Origin: Bacilli bacterium
Lineage (GTDB): Bacteria > Bacillota_I > Bacilli_A > RFN20 > CAG-826
Reading direction: 5' to 3'
NCBI GenBank assembly: GCA_035326105.1
Contig: DAOKYO010000001.1
Coordinates: forward strand, 395,805-459,804
DNA: 64,000 bases
Shown here: positions 37,629 to 47,033 of the stretch, one piece after another
Position numbering within the stretch: the first letter of the stretch is position 1
How the letters are laid out: the number at the start of each line of letters is the position of its first letter
The notes under the pieces: model-generated
What the model was told of the DNA's origin: nothing
The model's database searches: none
Seen by the model: only the letters and a program-made list of their open reading frames with translations
Made by a program: the position numbers and the translations under genes

Positions 37629-37650
37629 CCGGAGTTTATTCTCCGGTTTT
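37629..37650. terminator. Bidirectional rho-independent terminator CCGGAG-TTTATT-CTCCGG plus T4 (A6 on the other side)
   Basis: Perfect 6-bp GC stem flanked by A- and T-runs. Confidence 0.65.
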
Positions 37651-38041
37651 AATTTTATTTATTTAATCGATTATTCGCTGAATAGGTCGACTCCTGCTTC
37701 CGTTAAGGCTTTTTGAACCTTTCGATAATCTAGGGTCCGAGCAGAGTGGAAAACACCTTTGATTATCCCAATCAAATATTACCTACAAATGAACAAATTA
37801 ACGATGAGAAAAAAGTTATCTTAAAAGGAAATTCAGTTAACCTTCTTATTCTGAGAGAATTATAATAAAGCCATTTGATTAAAATAGGTATTTTATACAT
37901 TTTATTTATCCTTTTCGCATTTTGCTAAAAAAACAGTAAATACTTTTTGTCAATATTAGAATCAATAAATAATATCGATTACATTTCTTTTTTGTCTATA
38001 TCCATAATTTTGAATATAATATATACATACAGAGGAAACAT

Positions 38042-38737
38042 ATGGACAAAGTAATCGTTTTAAACATTAGTTTTAATAATGGTAATAATGCCATCTATCC
38101 TACGCTTTTAGCTGATGACCATAATTTGGTTCTTGTTGACTGCGGCTATGTCGGATTCTTTCCCCTTATTGTAAAGGCCCTTCGTTCACAGGGTTATGAC
38201 GGCGCCGATTTGACGCATATCTTAATAACCCATCATGACCACGATCATATGGGGTGCCTCTCCGATTTCAAGAAAAAATACCCGCGAATTAAAGTGGTAG
38301 CAAGCGAAATTGAAGCACCATATATATCCGGGAAAAAGAAGTCGCTACGCCTTGAGCAAGCGGAAAAACTGCAGTCAAAACTGAATGGCATTCAAAGGAC
38401 TGATGGTATTCATTTCATTAATATACTTCGTAGCGTTGAGCCGGTTTCGGTCGATATTATGGTGCGTGATGGTGATGTTTTGCCTTGGGTTGGCGGGGTG
38501 AAGGTTATAGCCACTCCGGGCCATATGCCGGGTCATATATCGCTTCTTTTAGAAAAATTTAATGTAGTTGTAGCCGGAGATGCGATGGTTATTGAAGACA
38601 ATCGTCTTGAAGTTGCCAATCCCGTCTATACGCTAGATGCAGTGACGGCCAAAAAATCATTTGATCGCATATTGCGTTTAAGTCCAAGCAAAATTATCTG
38701 TTATCATGGCGGGCCGATGGAAATCAATAACAGTTGA
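38042..38737 (+). CDS. MBL-fold metallo-hydrolase
   Basis: ITHHDHDHMG (HxHxDH) zinc-binding motif, plus downstream His and Asp residues. Confidence 0.75.
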   Translation: MDKVIVLNISFNNGNNAIYPTLLADDHNLVLVDCGYVGFFPLIVKALRSQGYDGADLTHILITHHDHDHMGCLSDFKKKYPRIKVVASEIEAPYISGKKKSLRLEQAEKLQSKLNGIQRTDGIHFINILRSVEPVSVDIMVRDGDVLPWVGGVKVIATPGHMPGHISLLLEKFNVVVAGDAMVIEDNRLEVANPVYTLDAVTAKKSFDRILRLSPSKIICYHGGPMEINNS

Positions 38738-38969
38738 TAAAATTTTCAAAAAAATTACATAAAGGTATTATAAATAATAGGGCTCTTTGCTATACTATTG
38801 GTAGTTAGTAATTCACTAACTCCCCCAAAAGAACATTCTTTTGTTTACATTGGAAGGAGTGTGAATTTTTTATTTGAAGCGATGGGTAAGCGATGAATGT
38901 TTTGGCGTTCTACTTTTTATGATGGATAAGATGTTCAAAAAAAGAAGAAAGTTAAAATAGGAGAAAAAA

Positions 38970-40691
38970 ATGAATCGCAAAAGATTTCCACTAATTCTAG
39001 TTATTGTTGCTTTATTCACACTTGCCTCATGTCAGGATGCGACTTCTTCAGGAACAACCGGTTCCGAGCCTGAAAATACATCAGAAGTCACAACTTCCGA
39101 AGAGACAGGTGTTTCGATTGCTGCCGCCCGCAGCGGGGAAGTAAACGAGAGTTTCACCGTCACGGGGGTGGTTGTTGCATATAATTACACCGGACAATCG
39201 ACCCCATATATAACTGGTTTTTGGTTAGCAGATCAGACAGACAGTATATATATTTATGGCGAAGATGTCGCCAAAAGTGTTCAGCCGGGAAATAAAGTTA
39301 CGGTCCTAGGCACTAAAGCCTATTATATTCCGCAAAATGATGCGGGAAGCGCCGCGGCTATTAATTATAAAGGAATGGTTCAATTAACTTCCCCCGTCAT
39401 TGTTAGTAATGATAATAAAACCGACAATGAGATTCCTAATGAGGTTATTTCAAATCTCAGCGTTGCTGATATTAATTCCATACCGCTGACAGAAGATATT
39501 ACTGGTAAAATCTATCGAACAAAAGCTTACTATCATGTCTATGATAACGTAAGTTATGTGAATTATGAGATTGAAGATGCCAATCTTACGGATACATTAT
39601 TGGCCTATACGCAATCAAATGGTAAGGACTATGCCTGGACAAATGAGTGGGATGGCAAATTGGTTGATATTGAATTTATTGTTAGTATCGGAAAGCCATC
39701 GCAAAATCTTTGGCGGATTTGTCCGATTAGTATTTTAGGCGAAGCAACCTTGTCGGATGAAGAAGTGGCGACGGGAGGAGCTTATCGGGCATTACTTCCA
39801 ATCGCAAATTCCTATAACGCTGATACGGTTATAACAATGGCTAAAAATGATGAGAAAGTGGCGGGACTGACCATCGCTTACACCTCCTCTTCCAGTCAAA
39901 TTACGGTTACAACCGACGAGACTAACAATTACATTTCCATTAAATCACAAATATTGGGTGATGTGTCCTTAGTGGCGGAAGCGACTTACAATGGAACTTC
40001 TGTTTCAAGAACAAAAAATTTCACTATTATTGCTAAACCGGATATTGATACAATTTCACTGGCGGAAGCAAAGCAAGCCAGCGATGGCACAATTGTGACC
40101 GTTGAGGGAGTAGTCGCAAAATTAACCTACAAGAGTTCAATGGTTAAGCAGGGATTATTTCTTGCTGATGAAACGGGAACTATGTTTGTTTATAACGGAA
40201 CCTCAACTCAAGGCAATCTTATCGATTTAGAAGAAGGAAATAAAATTGTTATTCAGGCGACGGTTACTCACTATGTTAAAGATGCCACCAATGCGGCATC
40301 GGAGGAATATGCTGGAGATTTTCAATTATCCGAGGCGGAAGTTTTAAGCATTGATCGAAACGCTTTTGATATTCCTTCCGCAGCCTATAGCGCCAGTTCT
40401 ATAGAGGCCATTACGGCCACTCGCCCCAGTACCAATCTTACGGGTAATATGTATCTTGTGACTTGTACGGTTTATAAATCATCGGGACAATATGGCTCAT
40501 ACACCCTTTATGGTATTGAGGATTCATCGGTTGGACTTCCGCTCTATTCGCAAAATAACGCCAATGATTTTAGTTGGCTTGAACCATATATTGGGCAACA
40601 GGTTCAGATGATTGTCGGAGTTCAAAATTTGCAACTTAAGTCCAGTGGCTCATATTGGCGCGGATGCCCAATTCAAATTATTGTTGATTAA
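38970..40691 (+). CDS. Surface lipoprotein with two internally duplicated OB-fold-like domains
   Basis: Lipobox LASCQD. Internal repeat: VTGVVVAYNYTGQSTPYITGFWLADQTDSIYIYG vs VEGVVAKLTYKSSMVKQGLFLADETGTMFVYNG. RBS GGAG. Confidence 0.5.
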   Translation: MNRKRFPLILVIVALFTLASCQDATSSGTTGSEPENTSEVTTSEETGVSIAAARSGEVNESFTVTGVVVAYNYTGQSTPYITGFWLADQTDSIYIYGEDVAKSVQPGNKVTVLGTKAYYIPQNDAGSAAAINYKGMVQLTSPVIVSNDNKTDNEIPNEVISNLSVADINSIPLTEDITGKIYRTKAYYHVYDNVSYVNYEIEDANLTDTLLAYTQSNGKDYAWTNEWDGKLVDIEFIVSIGKPSQNLWRICPISILGEATLSDEEVATGGAYRALLPIANSYNADTVITMAKNDEKVAGLTIAYTSSSSQITVTTDETNNYISIKSQILGDVSLVAEATYNGTSVSRTKNFTIIAKPDIDTISLAEAKQASDGTIVTVEGVVAKLTYKSSMVKQGLFLADETGTMFVYNGTSTQGNLIDLEEGNKIVIQATVTHYVKDATNAASEEYAGDFQLSEAEVLSIDRNAFDIPSAAYSASSIEAITATRPSTNLTGNMYLVTCTVYKSSGQYGSYTLYGIEDSSVGLPLYSQNNANDFSWLEPYIGQQVQMIVGVQNLQLKSSGSYWRGCPIQIIVD

Positions 40692-40711
40692 ACAAATATT
40701 ATGATAAGGAA

Positions 40712-40745
40712 AAGAGAATGGCTTTTGTCCATTCTCTTTTTTTTA
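40712..40745. terminator. Bidirectional terminator, perfect 10-bp stem AAGAGAATGG/CCATTCTCTT plus T7
   Basis: Lies between convergent genes 38970..40691 (+) and 40743..41156 (-). Confidence 0.75.
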
Positions 40746-41156
40746 TTTAGTCAATTTATCGCGATACTTTAGATAATGTTCTTTTAAAACTTCAAAGGTT
40801 GCGGGACTTAAATCATGCTCAATAAGACAAGCATCTTCTAATGCGGTTTTTTCATCAACCCCTAGTGCCATAAGCGAGGCAGATATAATTTTATGGCGCT
40901 CATAAATTGTAGTAGCGGTTAAAAAACCTGAGGTAGTCAAATGGACGGTGCCATCATCGGCAAAATTAACTAAGTTTTCTTCACGCATTTTCTTTAGCGC
41001 AATGCTTACACTAGCCTTAGAAAAATTCATCGCATTAGCGATATCGACCGAACGGACACTCCCATGCTCTTCTTGAAGCATTAAAATCCGTTCAAGATAG
41101 TCTTCACGCGATTTTTTGGAATTCATTTTTGATACCTCGTTTTTTAATGTTAGCAT
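40743..41156 (-). CDS. DtxR/MntR family metal-dependent transcriptional repressor
   Basis: SREDYLERILMLQEEHGSVRSVDIANAMNFSKASVSIALKKM is the typical DtxR-family N-terminal HTH; 137 aa; divergent from feoAB. Confidence 0.8.
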   Translation of the reverse strand: MLTLKNEVSKMNSKKSREDYLERILMLQEEHGSVRSVDIANAMNFSKASVSIALKKMREENLVNFADDGTVHLTTSGFLTATTIYERHKIISASLMALGVDEKTALEDACLIEHDLSPATFEVLKEHYLKYRDKLTK

Positions 41157-41238
41157 TTTTCTATAGGGGTTTCAATTAATCGACCTTATAAGCCACGAAT
41201 AAACAGCAAAACCCAATTACAGATTTTTATTTTTTAGG

Positions 41239-41268
41239 TTGACACAGCGAAAGCAGAGCAATTATAAT
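41239..41268 (+). promoter_or_regulatory. Consensus sigma70 promoter TTGACA-18nt-TATAAT for the feo operon
   Basis: Exact consensus hexamers; TTAGGTTGACA overlaps the -35 and resembles a DtxR iron-box half-site (TTAGGTTAG). Confidence 0.5.
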
Positions 41269-41330
41269 AGTGCTTGAGTTAGCAGAGGCTAGCTTATTAC
41301 CAGGCCATGCCTGATTTATTTTTGAAGATG

Positions 41331-41348
41331 AGTTAGTTAAAACTAACT
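41331..41348 (+). promoter_or_regulatory. 18-bp palindrome AGTTAGTT-AA-AACTAACT, candidate metalloregulator operator
   Basis: Perfect 8-bp inverted arms immediately upstream of the feoA RBS. Confidence 0.45.
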
Positions 41349-41361
41349 AGGGAGGTGTTGT

Positions 41362-41583
41362 ATGCCGTTGGTTATCGCTCCGCTTAATCAAAAACTGAAA
41401 GTGTTCAAGATTTTGGCGGAAGGAAAAATAAAGAAACATCTTGAAAGTCTTGGCATTACGATCAACTCAGAAATCGTAATTTTAAGCCGTTCAGGAAAAA
41501 GTGTTATCTGTCAGATTAAAGAAGGCCGTTTGGGCATTGACGAAGGCATAGCAACGCGCATTTTGGTTAATCAGGAGGCATAA
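41362..41583 (+). CDS. feoA: FeoA family ferrous-iron transport protein A
   Basis: 73-aa SH3-like small protein directly upstream of feoB; RBS AGGGAGG. Confidence 0.75.
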   Translation: MPLVIAPLNQKLKVFKILAEGKIKKHLESLGITINSEIVILSRSGKSVICQIKEGRLGIDEGIATRILVNQEA

Positions 41584-41585
41584 AC

Positions 41586-41831
41586 ATGACCACATTAGTG
41601 CAATTAGACAAAATGAAGATTGGTTCAAGCGGACTAATCAAAAAAGTAGAAGGTGAAGGAAAAATTCGGCGGAGACTATTCGACATGGGGGTTACTCCGG
41701 GGGCGGTTGTCTTAATAAAAAAGCAAGCTCCTTTAGGCGATCCGATTGAAATAACGCTTCGCGGATATGAATTGTCTTTACGGAAAACCGAGGCTAGAAA
41801 CGTTTTTGTGGAAATTGAGGAGTCATTATGA
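41586..41831 (+). CDS. feoA: FeoA family protein (second copy)
   Basis: 81 aa (LDKMKIGSSGLIKKVEG...GVTPGAVVLI), typical FeoA. Confidence 0.75.
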   Translation: MTTLVQLDKMKIGSSGLIKKVEGEGKIRRRLFDMGVTPGAVVLIKKQAPLGDPIEITLRGYELSLRKTEARNVFVEIEESL

Positions 41832-44086
41832 AACATTTTGCGTTGGCGGGGAATCCTAATTCAGGCAAGACCACATTATTTAATCTTTTAACGGGATCGA
41901 CAGCACATGTTGGCAATTGGCCGGGAGTTACGGTTGATAAGCGCGAAGGAACCTACCGTAAGGGGATAGAACCGATTTTAATCGTTGACCTTCCCGGCAT
42001 CTATTCGCTTTCACCTTATACTCCAGAGGAAGTCATTTCTCGAAACTATATTCTTAATGATAAGCCGGACTGTATTATCAATATTGTCGATGCCACGAAC
42101 TTGGAGCGCAATTTATATCTTTCCACGCAATTGATGGAAATTGACATTCCGTTAGTAATCGCACTTAATATGATTGACGTGGTTAATAAACGGGGAGAAA
42201 AAATTGATGTTAAGGAATTGTCGGTAAAACTTGGAGTTCCAGTTGTTCCAATCAGTGCTCTACGCGAGGACAACATTGAACATCTAATGAAGGTGGCTTA
42301 TGAGACTTCTTTGTCAAAAAGAAGAGCGACAACCATTCTTGAAAACAATTCGTTAAGGCATCTTGTTAGTGATTGTGAAATTGCATTTCGCGGTCTGAAC
42401 GTTCCCAATGCCCTATTTCATGCAATTAAACTAGCGGAACTAGATGAGCTAGAAACCAAGGATCATCCCAACCTTGTTTCAATGGTTGAGGAATACAAAA
42501 ATGGATTTAAGGATGATGTTTTCGGTAATGACTTTGAAGCGGTAATTGCCGATGCACGTTATAAATATATTTCTCATCATTTTGCAAAGGTAAAGACCTA
42601 CAGTCAAAATAGCAAAAGCAAAAAGGGAACTCCGTCTGATCGCGCTGATCGAATACTGACAAATAAATGGCTAGGAATACCCATTTTCATATTTATCCTT
42701 TTTCTTATATTTCATTTAACCTTCGCGGAAGATCTTTTTTATCTCAACGCAATGCACTTATTGGGTCCAAACGGATTAATATCCTTCCCGGGGACGATAT
42801 TTGAAGGTTTGTTTGCCAATGGAGGAATAAACTCGCCCGGAGTTATACTTTTCAATTTTCTCGATAGCGTGACGGCGTGGCTTTCAGAAATAGCAGGAAC
42901 GGCTCTAGCCGGTTCTCCCGCCTGGGTCAGTGGCTTCTTAGTCGACGGAGTTCTTGGAGGACTGTTCGCCGTTTTATCGTTTTTGCCACAGATTCTATTT
43001 TTATTTCTTTTCTTCTCCATTTTAGAAGACAGCGGATATATGGCTCGAGTCGCTTTTATTCTTGACCGTATATTCCGTAAATTCGGTCTGTCTGGTCGTG
43101 CTTTTATGCCAATGATTATGGGCTTTGGCTGTTCGGTACCAGCCATGATAAACACTCGTACCTTAGCAGATGATAACGAAAGAACCGCAACGATTAGAGT
43201 TATTCCCTTCTTCAGTTGTGGAGCTAAACTCCCGATTTTAACCGCGATAAGCGGAGGAATTGTGCAAATGTTTGGTATCGGCAATGCGGAGTTCATAACT
43301 CTGGGCATGTATCTTTTAGGAATGGTAAGTGCGATTGTAGCAATCATACTTATGCGCAATACGACGATGCGAGGGGAAGTACCACCGTTTATTATGGAAC
43401 TTCCCGCCTATCACGTTCCTCAACTAAAATCACTTATGGTTCACCTATGGGATAAAACCAAGCATTTTGTAAAAAAGGCATTTACCATTATCCTTGCTTC
43501 GACGATTCTTATTTGGTTTATTTCGCATTTTTCATTTAGTTTTCAATTTCTAAGTGATGAGGAAATGGGGACTTCAATTCTCGCCAATTTTGGAAAATTC
43601 CTGGCGCCGATTTTTACCCCGATGGGTTTTGGCTCCCAGTTAGGGGAATTCGGATGGGTTTTTGTTGTCGGAGCAATTACTGGATTAATTGCTAAAGAAA
43701 ATGTCATTGCCACTTTTGGAACTTTGGCCGCCAGTCTTGTCGCGGGCTTTGCCGGCGATGAAGAGGGAATTCAAGCGGTAATGGTTATGGCTCAGGCAAC
43801 CAATATTACGGTTCCGGGGCTATTAGCGTTTGTGGCCTTTAATATGACAACCGTTCCCTGTTTTGCGGCAGTGGCTACCGCCAAAGCCGAATTGCCGAAA
43901 GGAAAATTTATATCGACAATTGCTTTCTGGCTTATTGCCTCCTTTGTCGTTGGAAGTATGGTATATCTCATCGGCACTTGGTGGTGGACATCATTTATTT
44001 TTCTGGCAGTTTTTCTTGCCGCCATTATCATAATTCACTTTGTCAATCGCGCTCGTGACCAAAAAATATTTAAGGAAGGAATTTGA
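41828..44086 (+). CDS. feoB: Ferrous iron transport protein B (GTPase plus permease)
   Basis: G1 GNPNSGKTTLFN, G3 DLPG, G4 NMID; large polytopic C-terminal domain; 752 aa. Confidence 0.9.
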   Translation: MKHFALAGNPNSGKTTLFNLLTGSTAHVGNWPGVTVDKREGTYRKGIEPILIVDLPGIYSLSPYTPEEVISRNYILNDKPDCIINIVDATNLERNLYLSTQLMEIDIPLVIALNMIDVVNKRGEKIDVKELSVKLGVPVVPISALREDNIEHLMKVAYETSLSKRRATTILENNSLRHLVSDCEIAFRGLNVPNALFHAIKLAELDELETKDHPNLVSMVEEYKNGFKDDVFGNDFEAVIADARYKYISHHFAKVKTYSQNSKSKKGTPSDRADRILTNKWLGIPIFIFILFLIFHLTFAEDLFYLNAMHLLGPNGLISFPGTIFEGLFANGGINSPGVILFNFLDSVTAWLSEIAGTALAGSPAWVSGFLVDGVLGGLFAVLSFLPQILFLFLFFSILEDSGYMARVAFILDRIFRKFGLSGRAFMPMIMGFGCSVPAMINTRTLADDNERTATIRVIPFFSCGAKLPILTAISGGIVQMFGIGNAEFITLGMYLLGMVSAIVAIILMRNTTMRGEVPPFIMELPAYHVPQLKSLMVHLWDKTKHFVKKAFTIILASTILIWFISHFSFSFQFLSDEEMGTSILANFGKFLAPIFTPMGFGSQLGEFGWVFVVGAITGLIAKENVIATFGTLAASLVAGFAGDEEGIQAVMVMAQATNITVPGLLAFVAFNMTTVPCFAAVATAKAELPKGKFISTIAFWLIASFVVGSMVYLIGTWWWTSFIFLAVFLAAIIIIHFVNRARDQKIFKEGI

Positions 44087-44090
44087 TTTT

Positions 44091-44267
44091 ATGCAACCAA
44101 TTGAGATTATTGTTATTGTTTTAACAGGTGTTTTTCTTCTAACCCTAATCGCCCGCTACGTTTATAAAAAAGTTCACCATCTTCCTACGGGTGAATGTGC
44201 ATCGTGTGCGAGCAAAGGTGGCGGATTAGTAAAAATGTATCGCAAGAAATATAAAGGGAGCAAATAG
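44091..44267 (+). CDS. FeoB-associated Cys-rich small membrane protein
   Basis: Single TM helix then GECASCASKGG. ATG 44091 with RBS AAGGAAGGA, preferred over the ORF-track start 44040 inside feoB. Confidence 0.55.
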   Translation: MQPIEIIVIVLTGVFLLTLIARYVYKKVHHLPTGECASCASKGGGLVKMYRKKYKGSK

Positions 44268-44307
44268 CGCATAAAATAACAATGATTTGTTAATCATCAT
44301 TCACTAC

Positions 44308-44351
44308 AAAAAAATAGCTTGAAACTTTCATCAAGGTTGAGCTATTTTTTT
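44308..44351. terminator. Imperfect hairpin plus T7, probable bidirectional terminator
   Basis: ATAGCTTGA...TTGAGCTAT-like stem flanked by A7 and T7 between convergent genes. Confidence 0.4.
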
Positions 44352-44419
44352 ATTTTATATTTGTCATGATTAAGCAATAAATGAATCCTTTAGACCGGCA
44401 ACTGATAGTAAAAGAGCCA

Positions 44420-45349
44420 TTATTTTTTTCTTTCAAAAGCAATTTGAACGGTTATATCTTCATTTATATCACCGAAATTTTTGCCAAATATATTGATGCC
44501 TCCGACATATTTGGCATCGTCCTTTACTCCAAGAGTAAAGTGAAGAACTTCATTATTACTTATTCCAAGGCTGTTAATATTTATCGAGTTGGCTTTGGCG
44601 CCATTGATGTAGGTTCCTTCCGTATCAATTCGTAAATTGACCGGCATGCCATACTGAGTTGAACTAGATGGCCACCACGAAGGAGTGTAAGCACCACGGC
44701 GATCGCCGTAATCTCTTAATGAAAGGTAAGTTGCAATTTCCTGGCCATTAAGCCAAAAAGTAATATCGCTTTTCCAACTGTTGTTGTAGTTGGGACATTC
44801 AGAACAAAGTTCCATAAAAATAGTTATCGATTCCAATTGCGTGCCTTCTTCGCCATCGAGGGGAATAGGAAAAGTAATATGTCCCTTGTAGAAAGATATT
44901 AATTGGGCTTGAATTCGGGTGGGAGATAAAAAGACATTGCGATCATCAATAGGTTGAAGAGCCATTTCTTTCGTGCAGATTACACAGGGTGGAGTAATGT
45001 CATAGTCAATGAAGGAGCCAAGGGGAATAGTTATGATTTTTCTTAAATTGCTTATTTCCGAATCACCATTCACAAATATAGTCATTGATTCACATTCAAT
45101 TGATACATTCTTCTCATTCCCCTTTTTAGATGGCGAAGGAATAGCTTTAATAAGTTTTGCTTCCTTTAGAATTTTTATATGAAATGAAGTCGTTGACATA
45201 GACAGGTTTAATTCTTGAGCGATTTCATATATGGAATAGGATTTATTGGCTACCAAACGCAATATTTTGCGGCGGATGGGGGACGAGAATGAATCGCCGA
45301 TCTTTTCCAGCACACCATCATCATTTAAGTTTAAAGTTAATTTTCGCAT
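44420..45349 (-). CDS. ArsR-type HTH regulator with ~200-aa uncharacterised C-terminal domain
   Basis: SPIRRKILRLVANKSYSIYEIAQELNLSMSTTSFHIKILKEAKLIKA matches the ArsR/SmtB winged HTH; divergent from the sugar ABC importer operon. Confidence 0.6.
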   Translation of the reverse strand: MRKLTLNLNDDGVLEKIGDSFSSPIRRKILRLVANKSYSIYEIAQELNLSMSTTSFHIKILKEAKLIKAIPSPSKKGNEKNVSIECESMTIFVNGDSEISNLRKIITIPLGSFIDYDITPPCVICTKEMALQPIDDRNVFLSPTRIQAQLISFYKGHITFPIPLDGEEGTQLESITIFMELCSECPNYNNSWKSDITFWLNGQEIATYLSLRDYGDRRGAYTPSWWPSSSTQYGMPVNLRIDTEGTYINGAKANSININSLGISNNEVLHFTLGVKDDAKYVGGINIFGKNFGDINEDITVQIAFERKK

Positions 45350-45507
45350 ATAATCCCTCTTTTAATTTTAGTTAATCACTACTTGGTTTGGCTTGCAAGC
45401 GAATTTCGAATATTTTCGAATTAATAATGTTAATTTGTAAAAATTGAAAATTTGACATTGAATGTAAGCGATTACCACATTACTATTAGGTTGCAAGAGG
45501 TGTTTAT

Positions 45508-47031
45508 ATGCGAAAAACCAAAAAAATAAGCCTGTCCTTTATGGCCGCAATGTTTTTATCCTTAGTACTTTCCGCGTGCGGAGGGACTTCTGATTCCAGT
45601 GGTGATAAAAAATCGGTACTGAAGTTTTTTGGCTGGGGTTCGGTTGCCGAGCAGCAGATTTTTAAAACAATGATTGCTGAATTCACTCAGGAATATCCTC
45701 AATATGATGTGGTGTATTCCTCAGTTACTTCCGATAATTACATCACAACTTTAGGTAGTTATAAGAATAACACACGAAATATGCCCGATGTCTTCTATAT
45801 GCCGGATATAAACTTTGTGCAATGGATAAATTCATCTGATATCATGATGGATTTAACTCCTTATATTGAACAATCAAGTTCCATCTCCGTAGACAATATT
45901 TGGAGCGAAGGAATTGATGCTTATCGATATGATACCGTTAATAAGAAATTAGGGACAGGCGATATCTATGCCTTGCCCAAAGATTTGGGGCCTAATGTTT
46001 TGGCCTATAACAAAACGCTCGTACAAAGCAAAGGGGTTACCATTGTCAGCGATAGCGCTGGTCAATATGGCTATAATCCATCTACGAAAACATTAAATGA
46101 CAAAGTGGCTATGACATGGGCTCAGTTTATCGCTTTTTGCCAAGACATAAAGGAAGGATCATTGAGCGATTCCAATTCCATTGTTGGGATTACCCATTAT
46201 CCGTTAGAAAGCGCCATGGCATCGATGGGACAACGATTCCTGGACGATAGCAACAAACTAGTTACCATTGATAACAACAATTTTGCCGAGTCACTCCAAT
46301 TTGTCGCCGACTTATCGAATAAATATCAAGTTATGACGACGGCAGAAGGGCAGGCATCGCAAGCCGGTTTACAACGGTTTTCCAGCGGATTGGCTGGCGC
46401 GTCTTTCGTTGGAGCATGGGACACACCTGAACTATGGGAGTGCAATTTTGATTGGGACATTCTTTATACTCCGGTTCCCAATGCAAGTGGCAATCTAGAT
46501 AACTGGCAAGATGGATATCGGAGTGGATCTTCATCAAAATCCTTTTTAGGATCGGTTGGCATTTCCTGTTATAAAGGGAGCAAGGATCCGGAAGGCGCAT
46601 ATAAATTAGCCGAATTTTTAACGGCTTCACCCGCGGCTCAAAGAATAAACTATCAATTGGGACAAGCGGTGCCTAATCTAATTGATATGGCAAATGGCGA
46701 GTTTATGAATGCGACAATAAATGACCCGAAAAATGCAACCATGGGTTATAATCGTCCTTTAAATCGTCAGGTATATGTCGATATGATGGCCAATAGTGAA
46801 CGGCGGCCTCAAGCTTATACCTATAATGCGGACTGGTTTGATGAAATGTGGGAGTCATCTGATGACAGTTACAAACTTTTCCGCGTTTGGTCATTGACTT
46901 CCTCGTATGGGGGACATCTCAATGTTTGGGATTGGAATACTAATAGCCGAATCAACAATGAATTCTTATCGGGCTTAGAAAGTCGGTGTCAGACAATTTT
47001 AGATAAAACAACTTCCAAATACGCTTGGTAA
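45508..47031 (+). CDS. Carbohydrate ABC transporter substrate-binding lipoprotein (family 1 SBP)
   Basis: Lipobox LVLSACGG; 507 aa; followed by MalF-like and MalG-like permeases. Confidence 0.75.
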   Translation: MRKTKKISLSFMAAMFLSLVLSACGGTSDSSGDKKSVLKFFGWGSVAEQQIFKTMIAEFTQEYPQYDVVYSSVTSDNYITTLGSYKNNTRNMPDVFYMPDINFVQWINSSDIMMDLTPYIEQSSSISVDNIWSEGIDAYRYDTVNKKLGTGDIYALPKDLGPNVLAYNKTLVQSKGVTIVSDSAGQYGYNPSTKTLNDKVAMTWAQFIAFCQDIKEGSLSDSNSIVGITHYPLESAMASMGQRFLDDSNKLVTIDNNNFAESLQFVADLSNKYQVMTTAEGQASQAGLQRFSSGLAGASFVGAWDTPELWECNFDWDILYTPVPNASGNLDNWQDGYRSGSSSKSFLGSVGISCYKGSKDPEGAYKLAEFLTASPAAQRINYQLGQAVPNLIDMANGEFMNATINDPKNATMGYNRPLNRQVYVDMMANSERRPQAYTYNADWFDEMWESSDDSYKLFRVWSLTSSYGGHLNVWDWNTNSRINNEFLSGLESRCQTILDKTTSKYAW

Positions 47032-47033
47032 TA

